IMG/VR virus record: IMGVR_UViG_3300031953_000008
Coordinates: 1-59,876 of that record
DNA length: 59,876 nucleotides
Direction: 5' to 3' (one strand)
From: a virus
Lineage: Duplodnaviria; Caudoviricetes
Notes under the pieces: generated by a model
The model's input: only the letters and a program-made list of their open reading frames with translations
Database searches by the model: none
Told to the model about the DNA's origin: nothing
Shown here: in pieces, positions 29,259 through 39,005 of the stretch
Position numbering within the stretch: the first letter of the stretch is position 1
How the letters are laid out: each line of letters begins with the position of its first letter
Position numbers and translations under genes: made by a program

Positions 29259-29503
29259 TGGTCGAAATATTCAAGTTGGATTTTGAACAAATCCGCTTTC
29301 TGGGTTTCAGAAACATATCCAGAGTAGTAGGAAAGCAGTTCGATGGCGTCGTTTATGGCAGAGGTGCGCATATCAGCCTTGTTCTTGTAGCCTTCGGTGG
29401 ATCGATAAGTGATGTTGGCGCTTCTGACTATTCGAATTTGGTGGTCGCCAGAGCTGTCCTTTAGTTCGGTTAAGCCTTCAGGGTATCGTGATTTTTTGCT
29501 CAT
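29255..29503 (-). CDS. YegP/DUF1508-like protein
   Basis: KDSSG...S.EGYKNK pattern. Confidence 0.55.
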   Translation of the reverse strand: MSKKSRYPEGLTELKDSSGDHQIRIVRSANITYRSTEGYKNKADMRTSAINDAIELLSYYSGYVSETQKADLFKIQLEYFDQ

Positions 29504-29554
29504 TGTGAGGGGATTTATCCAATAAATTTAGTGTTAATTTATGATAAAAAGGTT

Positions 29555-29845
29555 TTATCTGATATAAAAGTGATAAATAAAGGCCGCGAGTAAGGCTATT
29601 CCTGTAAATATCATCAAATAATTGACAGAACGGTTGCGCTCTAATCGCTCAACTTCATTATCGTATTCGATGCATTTGTTGGAGAGGATTTCGATTTCCT
29701 CTAATTGTCGTTTGCTTTCTTGCTCGTAGTGTTTTTCAGTGGCCGAAACCGCTTTCTCAACTTCGGCATCGAAATCCCGCTCAATGGCGAGCAGTTTATG
29801 GTATTTGTTCAGGGGTAAATTGGATATGATTGCTCTATTTTCCAT
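29555..29845 (-). CDS. Coiled-coil protein with C-terminal TM
   Basis: 96 aa. Confidence 0.6.
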   Translation of the reverse strand: MENRAIISNLPLNKYHKLLAIERDFDAEVEKAVSATEKHYEQESKRQLEEIEILSNKCIEYDNEVERLERNRSVNYLMIFTGIALLAAFIYHFYIR

Positions 29846-30068
29846 TTTGTTCGAGTTTTATGTTATTTTCAGTTGCCCATTTCTGCAATTCCTTTCTATC
29901 GTTTTCACGTACCAAAAATTCAGCTTTTTGTATTTTGTAGTGTTTTATTCTTGCAAGAAGTTCTTTTCTCATATCATCTAATCCCACTTTATCGTATTGG
30001 TCATTTCGGTAGGTCAATAATTGGCGAACTTGCAACTCTAGCATCTTTGGTAATTTGTTATTTTCCAT
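29835..30068 (-). CDS. Hypothetical protein
   Basis: 77 aa; AAACCCTCTAAAAATG leader. Confidence 0.6.
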   Translation of the reverse strand: MENNKLPKMLELQVRQLLTYRNDQYDKVGLDDMRKELLARIKHYKIQKAEFLVRENDRKELQKWATENNIKLEQNGK

Positions 30069-30346
30069 TTTTAGAGGGTTTTAGTATTGTTATTAAATAA
30101 TTTCCAGGTTCGGTTTCTTCAAACTTGGCATCGACCTGTTTACCGTTTTCTGTATAGATAAAGTCGTCCGAGTGCAAGCCTTCAATGCAAAGTTTATCAC
30201 CTGTTTTCATAATTTTGATTGTTTAAGTTTTAATTCGTATTCGGTTTCTGTTTCCTCTGCGGTCATATCGTAGCAAAACGCTTTTAAACTTAGGAGGTTC
30301 TTCTTTATATGGGGGTCTGATTCCATTATTTCCAACCAGCTTCGTT

Positions 30347-30550
30347 TCATTGGGGGATATTTGGTTTTTTAGGTTCAATATGCCCTAATTTTTTTGCTTG
30401 TTTCGGGTCAATGTCTATCATTCTGTTCATTAACCGATGGTCAATACCTCTATAAACGGCAATTTCTCCATTCATGATGATAATGTCCTTCCATATTCCG
30501 TTTTCCTTGGCGAATTTGACTTGCTTGTCGAATATTTCTTTGTCTGTCAT
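30347..30550 (-). CDS. Hypothetical protein
   Basis: 67 aa; ends IPQ* in a CCCCAATGA junction. Confidence 0.6.
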   Translation of the reverse strand: MTDKEIFDKQVKFAKENGIWKDIIIMNGEIAVYRGIDHRLMNRMIDIDPKQAKKLGHIEPKKPNIPQ

Positions 30551-31062
30551 TGGGCGGGGTCTAGGTTTTCCATGATGATTTGTTTCGGTAGAAAATCATA
30601 ACAATAATAACTGCTCGAAAAAGTGATTTTGTTGTTGTCGTCATATTTCATCCTTTTGTCGAACATCAACAACTGCAAATCCTTTTCCTTGAATAATTGT
30701 TTAGGCGCGGAATCATTGAGCCACGTATTGCTCATTATCAAAGCGAATGGGCGTCCGAATGAAAGTGCACGCTCGAATATCTTCCTTTTAGCGGTGAACG
30801 GCGGGTTCGATATGATAACGTCCCAAGGCTCGTTTGGCTCAAAGCGGTAGAAATCCTCTCCGTTGTCTATGTGGGAGAAAATAACCTTGTTGGTCTTGCT
30901 TATTTCCTTTACGAACTCGCTTTCTTCCGTATCAAAGGGACACCATACTACCGCATTTTCGGGGATGTACTTCAAAATGGGGATTACCCCATAATTAGGC
31001 GTGTAACATTCGTCGTTCTTTCCTTTTGGGTAGAGTATTTTTCTTGAATCCATAGTTTTCAT
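30547..31062 (-). CDS. Compact DNA adenine methyltransferase-like protein
   Basis: DECYTP, VWCPFD and ISNPPF motifs. Confidence 0.75.
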   Translation of the reverse strand: MKTMDSRKILYPKGKNDECYTPNYGVIPILKYIPENAVVWCPFDTEESEFVKEISKTNKVIFSHIDNGEDFYRFEPNEPWDVIISNPPFTAKRKIFERALSFGRPFALIMSNTWLNDSAPKQLFKEKDLQLLMFDKRMKYDDNNKITFSSSYYCYDFLPKQIIMENLDPAQ

Positions 31063-31244
31063 TGGGCGGAATTAACTTGTTTAAGTTCCATCTTAGAGAT
31101 GAGTTCTTTGGCAAGTCTTGTGGTTGCCTCGAAAAAGCAATACCTGTCCGTTTGGTAGCCCAAGAAATACCCATTGTTCTCGGTCAATGTCAATAATGTG
31201 TAATCGTCGTTGTATTCCACGATCCATTGTTCTTTTATTTTCAT
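31059..31244 (-). CDS. Hypothetical protein
   Basis: 61 aa; ends SAQ*. Confidence 0.55.
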   Translation of the reverse strand: MKIKEQWIVEYNDDYTLLTLTENNGYFLGYQTDRYCFFEATTRLAKELISKMELKQVNSAQ

Positions 31245-31639
31245 TGGGCGTAAAACTCAAGTTCTACTTCCGATATATCCAAAAATAGGTTTTGTAATTT
31301 ATGGACAAATCCTACTTTCTTCATCGGCATTTCCTGTGTTTCATCCACATTTAAATTTACAAATGAAAACCAAAATCCATCCAATCCTTTATAATTAAGA
31401 GTGACACTGTACCAAATATCATTGATTACAATCCTGTAATGGTTCAATGGTTCGTAATATTCAAATCCTAACTTTGGCAACCAATCCTCGGTCAATGCTA
31501 CGGGTTTGGCGCATTTTAGTAATACTGGATTTTCTACATCTTGTATGTAGAGGTAATTAAGATTTCTAATTCCGTCTACAATTACTATTTTGTCATTAAC
31601 TTCCACTAAATTCCCAATCCTAAATTCTTCTATTTTCAT
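31241..31639 (-). CDS. Paralog of 16777-17166
   Basis: EFRIGN...PVALTEDWL...VHKLQNL; ends YAQ*. Confidence 0.8.
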   Translation of the reverse strand: MKIEEFRIGNLVEVNDKIVIVDGIRNLNYLYIQDVENPVLLKCAKPVALTEDWLPKLGFEYYEPLNHYRIVINDIWYSVTLNYKGLDGFWFSFVNLNVDETQEMPMKKVGFVHKLQNLFLDISEVELEFYAQ

Positions 31640-31851
31640 TCCCCTTCGTATTTAGTAACATCAATATACCTATCGCTCATCTGTCCTACACGTACTCCAA
31701 GTGCAAAAGCCTTCATCCAGGAGGGAATGTGCATCTTTAATTTGTTCTTCGTGGTCATTGTCCGAAAACTCCCGTAGGTAATCCCTATTTCCTTTGAAAA
31801 TACCTTTTGTGGGATGTTTAGCGTAGATAGCATGTCTTTGAAATTGCTCAT
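31636..31851 (-). CDS. Small HTH-like protein
   Basis: LNIPQKVFSKEIGITYGSF pattern. Confidence 0.5.
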   Translation of the reverse strand: MSNFKDMLSTLNIPQKVFSKEIGITYGSFRTMTTKNKLKMHIPSWMKAFALGVRVGQMSDRYIDVTKYEGE

Positions 31852-32032
31852 AATCTATGTGTTTTTAGTCTGTTGTGTGTAATAGTAATAAATAATTCAG
31901 TGCCCATATCGAGGTGCAAATCCATCCACTCACTATATCCCATTCGCCCCAATGATCATACATAAGAACAATAGATATAGAAATACCTAACAATGATGTG
32001 ATTGACCCGAATAATTTGTAGAAATCCATACT

Positions 32033-33415
32033 TTACTTCTTTAGGTAGTTGAACAGTTGTTTGGTCTGCGCTTTGGAAACCTTTATTTTCTCTCCGTCCA
32101 CTTTTAGGTTGAACGAGGTGATGTTGATAGATTCCATACTCATAATGAAATCTTTATCCACGCAAAAGCATCCGTATTCTATATAACCACCTCCATTATC
32201 TACTCCTTGATAGCCGTTTATCTCGGGAAGGGTGTTTTGAGTGATTATTGTTGCCCAATTTCCGTCTGAAAATATCAAGCCATATCCTGAACCACAAAAA
32301 ATTTCGTTTGATTTTACATAAATTTTAACCGTATCACCTTTGAAAACAATTGCTTCTTTACTGTTTTTAGATGCCGAATAAAACTTCACTCCGTTTTTAT
32401 ACCCTTTTTTAATTACCTCAGCAGCGAAGGCGGTTTCAACTTCTTTATTAGTGGCGGGAATCAAGCCTTTGTTATTTTTCCAAGTCCATCTTTCACCATT
32501 CCAACCATCTTCCCAATGAAAACCGTAGCAAGCATTTCCTTTCTGATAGCAAAACAACGAGCCTTTAGGTGATTTATACCATTTCCCTACTTCCAATGCC
32601 ACTTCTTCTTTATAGACATGGGTAAAGAACAAATCTAAGATTCCTAATTTCTTTAATTTTTCTATCGGAATACAATCGGCAGGGAAGGTGCTTTCTAATC
32701 TCCAATATTTGCCTGAGTGAAGAAGTCCTACTATTTTATTTACGGCTTCTTTATGATTTTCATTGGTCAGTTTGTACTTGATGATCTCTTTGTTCATAGT
32801 GTTGGGAGTTTTTGATTTAAGTATTTCTAAAGTTTCGTTTGCTTCTTCTCGCAGTGTTTCTGCCCATCCTTTGAATATAACATCTACCTTGATATCTGTT
32901 TTAGGAATGACATTTATTCTAGGCTTTCCTAATTTTGGTATTTCCCCAAGAGTTCTTTTTTTAAGTGGCAATACCTCGTCCATAGGGTCTTTTATTTTAG
33001 GCATTGGGTGGATGTTCCCTTTTTTATCTACCATAACCTCGGGTCTTTCGTCACTGCATCTTGCTTTGACCTCTCCGCCCATCCATTCGTATTTATGAGG
33101 GTTTACATATTCAAGGCGTATTCCTGATTTTAATCCTGCAAGGCATAAATCAGGTGTCAGGGTAAAGTCTGGTATTGGGGTAAAGTCTGGAAATGTAAAT
33201 GATCTACGAATGGCATTTTCAAGTTTTTCATGTACGCTTTCTACTGCCCATCTTCGCATCAGGTTCTTGGCTTTTTCCCTACGCCCTTTTCCTTCTAATT
33301 TATCGTAATCGTGCGCGGTAATTCCTGTACAAATAAATTCCTTAAGCTCTTTCTTGCCCATTGAGCGGAACTTGCCCAATGTCAATAATTCTTCTAAGCT
33401 GGTGTAGTCTTTCAT
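32033..33415 (-). CDS. Large mosaic hypothetical protein
   Basis: 460 aa with small repeated modules (LEVGKWYK, GYKNGVKF). Confidence 0.75.
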   Translation of the reverse strand: MKDYTSLEELLTLGKFRSMGKKELKEFICTGITAHDYDKLEGKGRREKAKNLMRRWAVESVHEKLENAIRRSFTFPDFTPIPDFTLTPDLCLAGLKSGIRLEYVNPHKYEWMGGEVKARCSDERPEVMVDKKGNIHPMPKIKDPMDEVLPLKKRTLGEIPKLGKPRINVIPKTDIKVDVIFKGWAETLREEANETLEILKSKTPNTMNKEIIKYKLTNENHKEAVNKIVGLLHSGKYWRLESTFPADCIPIEKLKKLGILDLFFTHVYKEEVALEVGKWYKSPKGSLFCYQKGNACYGFHWEDGWNGERWTWKNNKGLIPATNKEVETAFAAEVIKKGYKNGVKFYSASKNSKEAIVFKGDTVKIYVKSNEIFCGSGYGLIFSDGNWATIITQNTLPEINGYQGVDNGGGYIEYGCFCVDKDFIMSMESINITSFNLKVDGEKIKVSKAQTKQLFNYLKK

Positions 33416-33420
33416 AGTCT

Positions 33421-33693
33421 TTAGTCTAAAGGGGTTTCAAGTATTGATTGTTTATGTTCATCCCATTCTGGTTGAACATCTGCATCAGCATAAACGCCTG
33501 ACGTTAATTTCCCGTATGAATTTTTGTAAAACAAACTAGGTGTTTTTTCCGAAGCTTCTTTTAAGGCTGTTTCCCATACTGATCTTAGAAGATTATCAAT
33601 ATCAAAATGGATTTCTTCGTCTGCTTCAAAAGTTGACCAATCATCTGAGCCTTGTTCTTTCGCGTATTCTTCTTTTATTTTCTGTAATGTCAT
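33421..33693 (-). CDS. Hypothetical protein
   Basis: 90 aa; AAACCTTA leader. Confidence 0.65.
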   Translation of the reverse strand: MTLQKIKEEYAKEQGSDDWSTFEADEEIHFDIDNLLRSVWETALKEASEKTPSLFYKNSYGKLTSGVYADADVQPEWDEHKQSILETPLD

Positions 33694-33715
33694 AGTGTCT
33701 AATATTAAGGTTTGG

Positions 33716-33922
33716 TTAGTTGTCGAAATAGTTTATGTCCTCACGGTATTGTTTTTCCAAGTCAGCTTTCACGACCTCCATTATCTTCTTGAATAATTCG
33801 GGGTCTATATCCTCTGAAATTCCCCTATAATGGATATGCTCTAATCTGCCTACCTTGTATTTGAGGTCGATTTTCAGGTCGATGCTCCCCGCTGCGTTTA
33901 TTAATTTTGTTATTCCGTTCAT
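33716..33922 (-). CDS. Hypothetical protein
   Basis: 68 aa; AACCTTAAA leader. Confidence 0.6.
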   Translation of the reverse strand: MNGITKLINAAGSIDLKIDLKYKVGRLEHIHYRGISEDIDPELFKKIMEVVKADLEKQYREDINYFDN

Positions 33923-33934
33923 AGTTATTTAAGG

Positions 33935-34171
33935 TTAAAGTTCTCTCGCTTTTAGCATTGCATCTGCAATATCATAGCTATCTTTCGCTATTCGGTGAGT
34001 GTAAATAATATCTTCTTGCCCACTAAAAGTTGAACATATTCCTTGCATTGCCTTGGCTGCGAAGTAATCCCTTAAACTCATTCCTGATGGGTGATCTTCT
34101 TCTCGCATATTACCCCTCTCTATTGCGTAGCTTGCTAATGGAAATGCGTTAGGGTTTTTTGGTGTACTCAT
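33935..34171 (-). CDS. GM(S/T)LRDYFAAKA family protein; paralog of 48959-49198
   Basis: Near-identical N-terminal half to 48959; promoter box TATCTTTG at 34196-34203. Confidence 0.8.
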   Translation of the reverse strand: MSTPKNPNAFPLASYAIERGNMREEDHPSGMSLRDYFAAKAMQGICSTFSGQEDIIYTHRIAKDSYDIADAMLKAREL

Positions 34172-34414
34172 ATCATTTTCCTTTTAAGGTTCCCCCAAAG
34201 ATACACAAAAGTACATTGTGATTGACAAAGTCAAGAGGTTTATTTTATATGATGGGGAAATTAACTAAGGAAGCGGCTTAATAAAGGATTCTGCCACAAC
34301 CTTAACTAAGAGAAGTACTATTTGATTTTATTCTAATAAATATCGGTCATTGACCCGAAACCCGCTGTTCGTAAGGGCTGCTTATTTGATGGTTATTTGA
34401 TTCCCGCCCAATGC

Positions 34415-34445
34415 AAAAAGAAAACCACCCTAATTAAAGAGTGGT
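34415..34445 (-). terminator. Rho-independent terminator
   Basis: ACCACTCT-TTAATT-AGGGTGGT followed by TTTCTTTTT. Confidence 0.7.
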
Positions 34446-34524
34446 AATGTAAAATACAACTAACAAAAAGTTTTGTATTTGTAAAATATATTTAATGTTA
34501 TGAGTGTTTTAGCAGGTGTAAGGG

Positions 34525-34842
34525 TTATGCATAAGGATAATTCGTTTTATCTGAACCGCAAGTGCTACAATAACCACTCGTTATTATATCTGCATTGTGA
34601 GATATAAGATCGCAAGACAATTCATTAAGTGGTGGTTCGGGCAATGGCATCCAATGGGTAACTTCATCGTCGTATTCCCATTCCATATCCACAAGGCTGT
34701 AGAACCCATCTACATCCATAGACCCGCCCCCGAAGTAATGGTGGCATCCAAACACAAACCCGTCCTTATCGCAGGTTATAAATACATTTGGATCGTTCGG
34801 CTTGTCCTCTGGTAATCGGTCGTTTACTGATATCCATTCCAT
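34525..34842 (-). CDS. DUF551-like protein with Cys-rich tail
   Basis: MEWISVNDRLPE...VTHWMPLPEPP; C-terminal CSTC. Confidence 0.8.
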   Translation of the reverse strand: MEWISVNDRLPEDKPNDPNVFITCDKDGFVFGCHHYFGGGSMDVDGFYSLVDMEWEYDDEVTHWMPLPEPPLNELSCDLISHNADIITSGYCSTCGSDKTNYPYA

Positions 34843-35010
34843 AGTTATAGTTTGTTTATAATTTGCTAAATGCTTTTACATTGCGTTCTGCTTCCTCGGC
34901 AGTTGCCCCAAATTTGCTCAGTGCCTTTGCGACCTCGAGAATCCTGTCGTGTGATTCCTCGGCGGTAATTGGCTCTTTGGTGATGCGATCGTAGTATATG
35001 GGTTCTTTGC

Positions 35011-35247
35011 TCATAGTTTAGAATAATGTTCGGTAAGTTGGTAAATCCTAAAATCGATCATCTCATTAATCTTCTTGATGCTCGGGTCGTTCTGCTCGGT
35101 GAACCATACCGTTTCCTCTTTCCCCTCCTGCAATATAATAGTGGGCGTTGCAAGCGAATATATATTGACCTTCTGAGCGGTTAGATATTGCAACTGCCTA
35201 TCCTCTGCAATGGCTCTCTTTAATTCTTTTCCTGATGTATCTTCCAT
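35011..35247 (-). CDS. Hypothetical protein
   Basis: 78 aa. Confidence 0.55.
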   Translation of the reverse strand: MEDTSGKELKRAIAEDRQLQYLTAQKVNIYSLATPTIILQEGKEETVWFTEQNDPSIKKINEMIDFRIYQLTEHYSKL

Positions 35248-35387
35248 AGTTCTTGATTGTGTTTTGATTCCTTATTTAGTTAATTCCCGCCCCTTGTTCC
35301 GCGCAACCCGAGTACCACAATATAACCAACTCGTTGGTCGATTTTTTTTCGGGGTTTTCACAGGTTGACATTCATCAGTGGCCTGGA

Positions 35388-35969
35388 TCAGTTGAACCAT
35401 TTGACCATTGTATTCCCTGTATATCCTTTTTCCCATACATACCAAGCATAACAATTCGCTGATGGCTTGTCGTATTTCTCGAAGTCGCCACCTTTAGCCA
35501 ACCTCAATCTCGAACTGCTCACATACACATATTTTGGTGGGTTTCTCTTTAAAAAAGGTTTGCGCTTTTTGCCCTCCAAAAACTGTATTCTCATAAGCAT
35601 TACAACCTTGCTTCCTTCATCCACACTATCCAACGAATGTTGGCAGAACTTCTGTGCATCCCCGTAAGGTGGGTTGGTGAGAATGTCGCCGTCCCAAATA
35701 TCACTCCTGAAATAGAAATCAAGCTCTCTCGCATCCTCATAACCTCGATCTATCACATCACTTGCTTGACCTAATAAGCCTCTTTCCTTTAAAACCTTAG
35801 CCAAATGACCTTCGCCACAAGCACACTCCCATACATTCCTTAATTCAATCCCGCTTTCATCTAAGAATTTCTCTAAAGCGATCGGATCAGTAGCGTAAAA
35901 ATCATTCACTTCCCTACTTTCTAATGCGTGAGCCGAAGCCCCTAATGTTCTAAAATCTCCTTTACTCAT
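35388..35969 (-). CDS. DNA adenine methyltransferase-like protein
   Basis: DFYATDP, WECACGEG (SAM binding), TNPPY; promoter box TACATTTG near 35997-36004. Confidence 0.8.
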   Translation of the reverse strand: MSKGDFRTLGASAHALESREVNDFYATDPIALEKFLDESGIELRNVWECACGEGHLAKVLKERGLLGQASDVIDRGYEDARELDFYFRSDIWDGDILTNPPYGDAQKFCQHSLDSVDEGSKVVMLMRIQFLEGKKRKPFLKRNPPKYVYVSSSRLRLAKGGDFEKYDKPSANCYAWYVWEKGYTGNTMVKWFN

Positions 35970-36502
35970 ATTATAGGTTTTAATTAATGTCAACCCAAAT
36001 GTACTACTTTATTCCTAAAGTCAACTCCCTTTTCCTATTTTCTTCCCGAAATTTTTTGGAGAAGCCTTTTTTAGAAAAGTCAACTTGGTGAATCTTTTGG
36101 AAAGTCAAATTGAAAAATTAAAAAGTCATTCTGACAAAGTGTTTCAGGGAAAAATTATTATATACAGTGGAATACTCCCATCTGCCCTGTGGCTGTAGGG
36201 GGTGTGCCCTCCTATCTATGCCAGTCGATAGCTTCTTGTTATGGGGTTATGGCCTTGTTATGTGGATCACTATAGCATCATAGACCTGTTATATGATAAG
36301 GCAGTAATACCAAGGGATTGCAGTATATTTTAAGCTATAGATTAAGCCTATTTATACTTTGTGCTATAACTTATATTATGTCAAATAGAACTTCATACTA
36401 TAGGCATCCTCTATTGATAGGTTGGGTTAGTGCTATCGTCGCTTAGAACGGCTTAAACTGGCTTTAATTTAAGCTATCAATTCTCCGCCAATGTTCAAAG
36501 GT

Positions 36503-37132
36503 TTAATTATTTTCAATACTATTTTGCTCTATTGTAGCGAGCAATGTGTTAAGTGTATCAGGGCTTGAATTCTTTAGTACGTTCAGGATATTGACTTTAG
36601 TAGCTTTTTGATCATTGTCTATTGAGTACATGCCTCGAAGCTTCGCAACCTCTTGCATCGCTCCCATGCTTGGCTTTAGCTTTACCTTTATCGTTGTCCC
36701 GGCTGGGTTGCCGTGCTTATCTACATGCTCGGTCATCTCATAGCTCTGTATCGTTCGCCTTATCTCTGCTGGTAGCTCCTTTATCTCCTGGGGTGTAAGT
36801 TCAATGAATCGCGTGATGTCACTGAATGCCCATTGTATAAGCTCCCTTTGTATATGCTCGCTCTTTATATCAGTCATAGCGCTGAGCCTTGTTTGGTGTT
36901 CCTCTATGTAAGCCTTGTTATGTGGACTGTTTTTAATTGCGTTCCACACAGTGGCCGAGCTGCTATTACTTAGATGTGGTCTGTACTCCTGGACTGCTAA
37001 TGGACCACTGAATCCGTTTGAGTAGAATTGCCCTATTATATCGCGGTGCTCTTGAATTACTTCCGGTGTTCGCCTGGTGGGTAATTTGTCCTTCTTTGGG
37101 GTCTTTTTATAGGTAGATTTTTTCTTTGTCAT
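36503..37132 (-). CDS. terS: Terminase small subunit
   Basis: I..E.I.REL..WAFSDI..F...IKVKL...AMQE.AKLRGMY pattern. Confidence 0.75.
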   Translation of the reverse strand: MTKKKSTYKKTPKKDKLPTRRTPEVIQEHRDIIGQFYSNGFSGPLAVQEYRPHLSNSSSATVWNAIKNSPHNKAYIEEHQTRLSAMTDIKSEHIQRELIQWAFSDITRFIELTPQEIKELPAEIRRTIQSYEMTEHVDKHGNPAGTTIKVKLKPSMGAMQEVAKLRGMYSIDNDQKATKVNILNVLKNSSPDTLNTLLATIEQNSIENN

Positions 37133-37920
37133 GGTTTGAGTTATTTGGTTTAACTGATTCCGGCCAATGTTCAGGGGTTAATTTAAGCCTGTTTTAGCCC
37201 TTTATTACATTATTATTAGTTTTTAGCCTGTTTTATTGCATTCCGTTTGTCTTGGCTCGGAGGCTCATTACGAATAATGTAATTTTATAGGCTGTTTTTT
37301 AGTCAAGTTGGGTAATTATTTAAATTATTTTTTTGTGTGTATGGCAGATTTTTACTACAATTTTACTAATATTCGTTAGATTAAGCATTTTACAGTTGTT
37401 TAAGTCTTAATTAAGTTATTTAGTTAGTGTTGGAATAGTCTTAACTATGCTTTGTTTCCCTGCTTCGCTGGTTCTGTTCCCTTTACTGTTTACTTGCTTC
37501 TCTTTCTATTATCATTGGCCGGGGATCGCTGTAATAAGCTGCAATTGCTTCGAGTCTTAATAGTTGTTAGCTGCATCGGGTTTAATTAATTAGTTGCTTT
37601 TTTTTATGATCTTAATACTTTAATTCCTTTGTCTTGCTTCCTTTGCTTTACTGCTCTCTTTCCCTTCTTTGCATTGGCGCGGATCGCATATAATTACTTT
37701 AATTTCCATCTTTCCAGATTTTGCAACCATTACACAAATTTAGTATTATTTATTTAGGAATTTAATTTTATTGTTATTTCCCTTTGTTTATAGGGCTTTC
37801 AAGCTGTTTCTAATATTATGCTTATATTCGTTTTACTATTATTAATACTTTCAATGTTAAACTTTTGTTAAGCTTTACCTTAATATGTTTGCAATGTTAG
37901 GATTACTGTACATTTTAGAT

Positions 37921-37928
37921 TACATTTA
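37921..37928 (+). promoter_or_regulatory. Early promoter candidate
   Basis: TACATTTA (-7-like) directly before the structured RNA. Confidence 0.5.
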
Positions 37929-37935
37929 CGGAGTC

Positions 37936-38143
37936 AATAAGGGAAAGCATTTTAATACTCTCTTATTAATAAGGAAGGTTTTACCTGAAAGCTGCGAAGC
38001 TTGGAAATTTTAACAACTTTATTAAGTTTTCTTTGAAATTTCGGAAATAGATTAAAGCAATTTAACGCCTTAATCGACTGCTACAGTTACAGGTCGCAGG
38101 TTTTGAGTTTAGCCACACTATTTTAAGATAGTTCGGAACTCCA
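37936..38143 (+). ncRNA. Candidate multi-stem, pseudoknotted ncRNA
   Basis: ACCTG/CAGGT closes four hairpins; loop TGCGA pairs with TCGCA; GAGTT/AACTC. Confidence 0.55.
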
Positions 38144-38168
38144 CGCATAAACAAAGTAACAATTTAAT

Positions 38169-38224
38169 TAACGGTCTGCAAAGGTTAGCAGTTTACAAAG
38201 GTTCGATTCCTTTACCGTTATCAA
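38169..38224 (+). ncRNA. Minimal tRNA-like element (acceptor stem + T-arm, single internal hairpin)
   Basis: TAACGGT/ACCGTTA 7 bp; AAAGG-TTCGATT-CCTTT; CTGC/GCAG. Confidence 0.7.
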
Positions 38225-38489
38225 CTGCAATATTGCAGGAAATTACAATATATTTAATTATGGAAATTACAACTTCTGAAGCTTTAAAGCTTTATACTAT
38301 CGCTGAATCAAGAGTAAAGAAGCTTAATACTAATTTAGGTTTAATTGAATCGGTTGAAATGATTGAAAACGGTTTAATAGCTTTACATGGCATTAAGAGA
38401 ACAGGTTTAATACTTGATCTTGTTTTTGAATCCATGTATGGAAATGAATAACCTTACTTGTTTACTACTAACTTTTAAACTTTTCAATT

Positions 38490-38636
38490 ATGAATGTATA
38501 TCTACTTACTTTAATTATCTCATCAGTGTTTTTCTTGGTCGTTGCTGCTCTTATTAATTCAGCTCTTCTTTTTACATTGGCCGCGCTCTTGCTGCTATTG
38601 TCTTTAGCAATTACCTTATTAACAAACAAATTTTAA
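38490..38636 (+). CDS. Very hydrophobic 48-aa membrane peptide
   Basis: MNVYLLTLII...LLTNKF*. Confidence 0.5.
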   Translation: MNVYLLTLIISSVFFLVVAALINSALLFTLAALLLLLSLAITLLTNKF

Positions 38637-39005
38637 TTTTAACCTTATAACCTTATAACATCATGAAAAATTTAGGACTTTTAACCGTTATTGCAATAGT
38701 GTTATTTTTAACCTATGCATTTTTAACTTTTGATCTTTCCCGCTTGGCTTTGTAGCATTGGCGCGAAATTTAATAAACTAAACTTTTAACTCTTAATCTT
38801 AATATCATGAAAATATTAATAGATTTTTATTCCTTAACTAATTGTTACGAGTTATGGGATTTAGATAATGATTGTAAATATAATTGCCGCGAATTTAAGA
38901 GCCTTAAAGCTGCGGAAAATTTTTGTAAAAGAAATAATCTTTCTTTTAAATTTGGCGTTGAGTGCGACGGCTAAAAATAACTTTTTAACTTTTAAATTTA
39001 TCATA

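Noticed and set aside
37984-38007. Hammerhead-like CTGAAAG...GAAA
   Set aside because: The core should be CUGANGA; the GA is missing and no proper stem I/III or cleavage triplet was found
38169-38224. Bona fide tRNA gene
   Set aside because: Only 52 nt, lacks one arm and has no 7-nt anticodon loop; kept as a tRNA-like ncRNA
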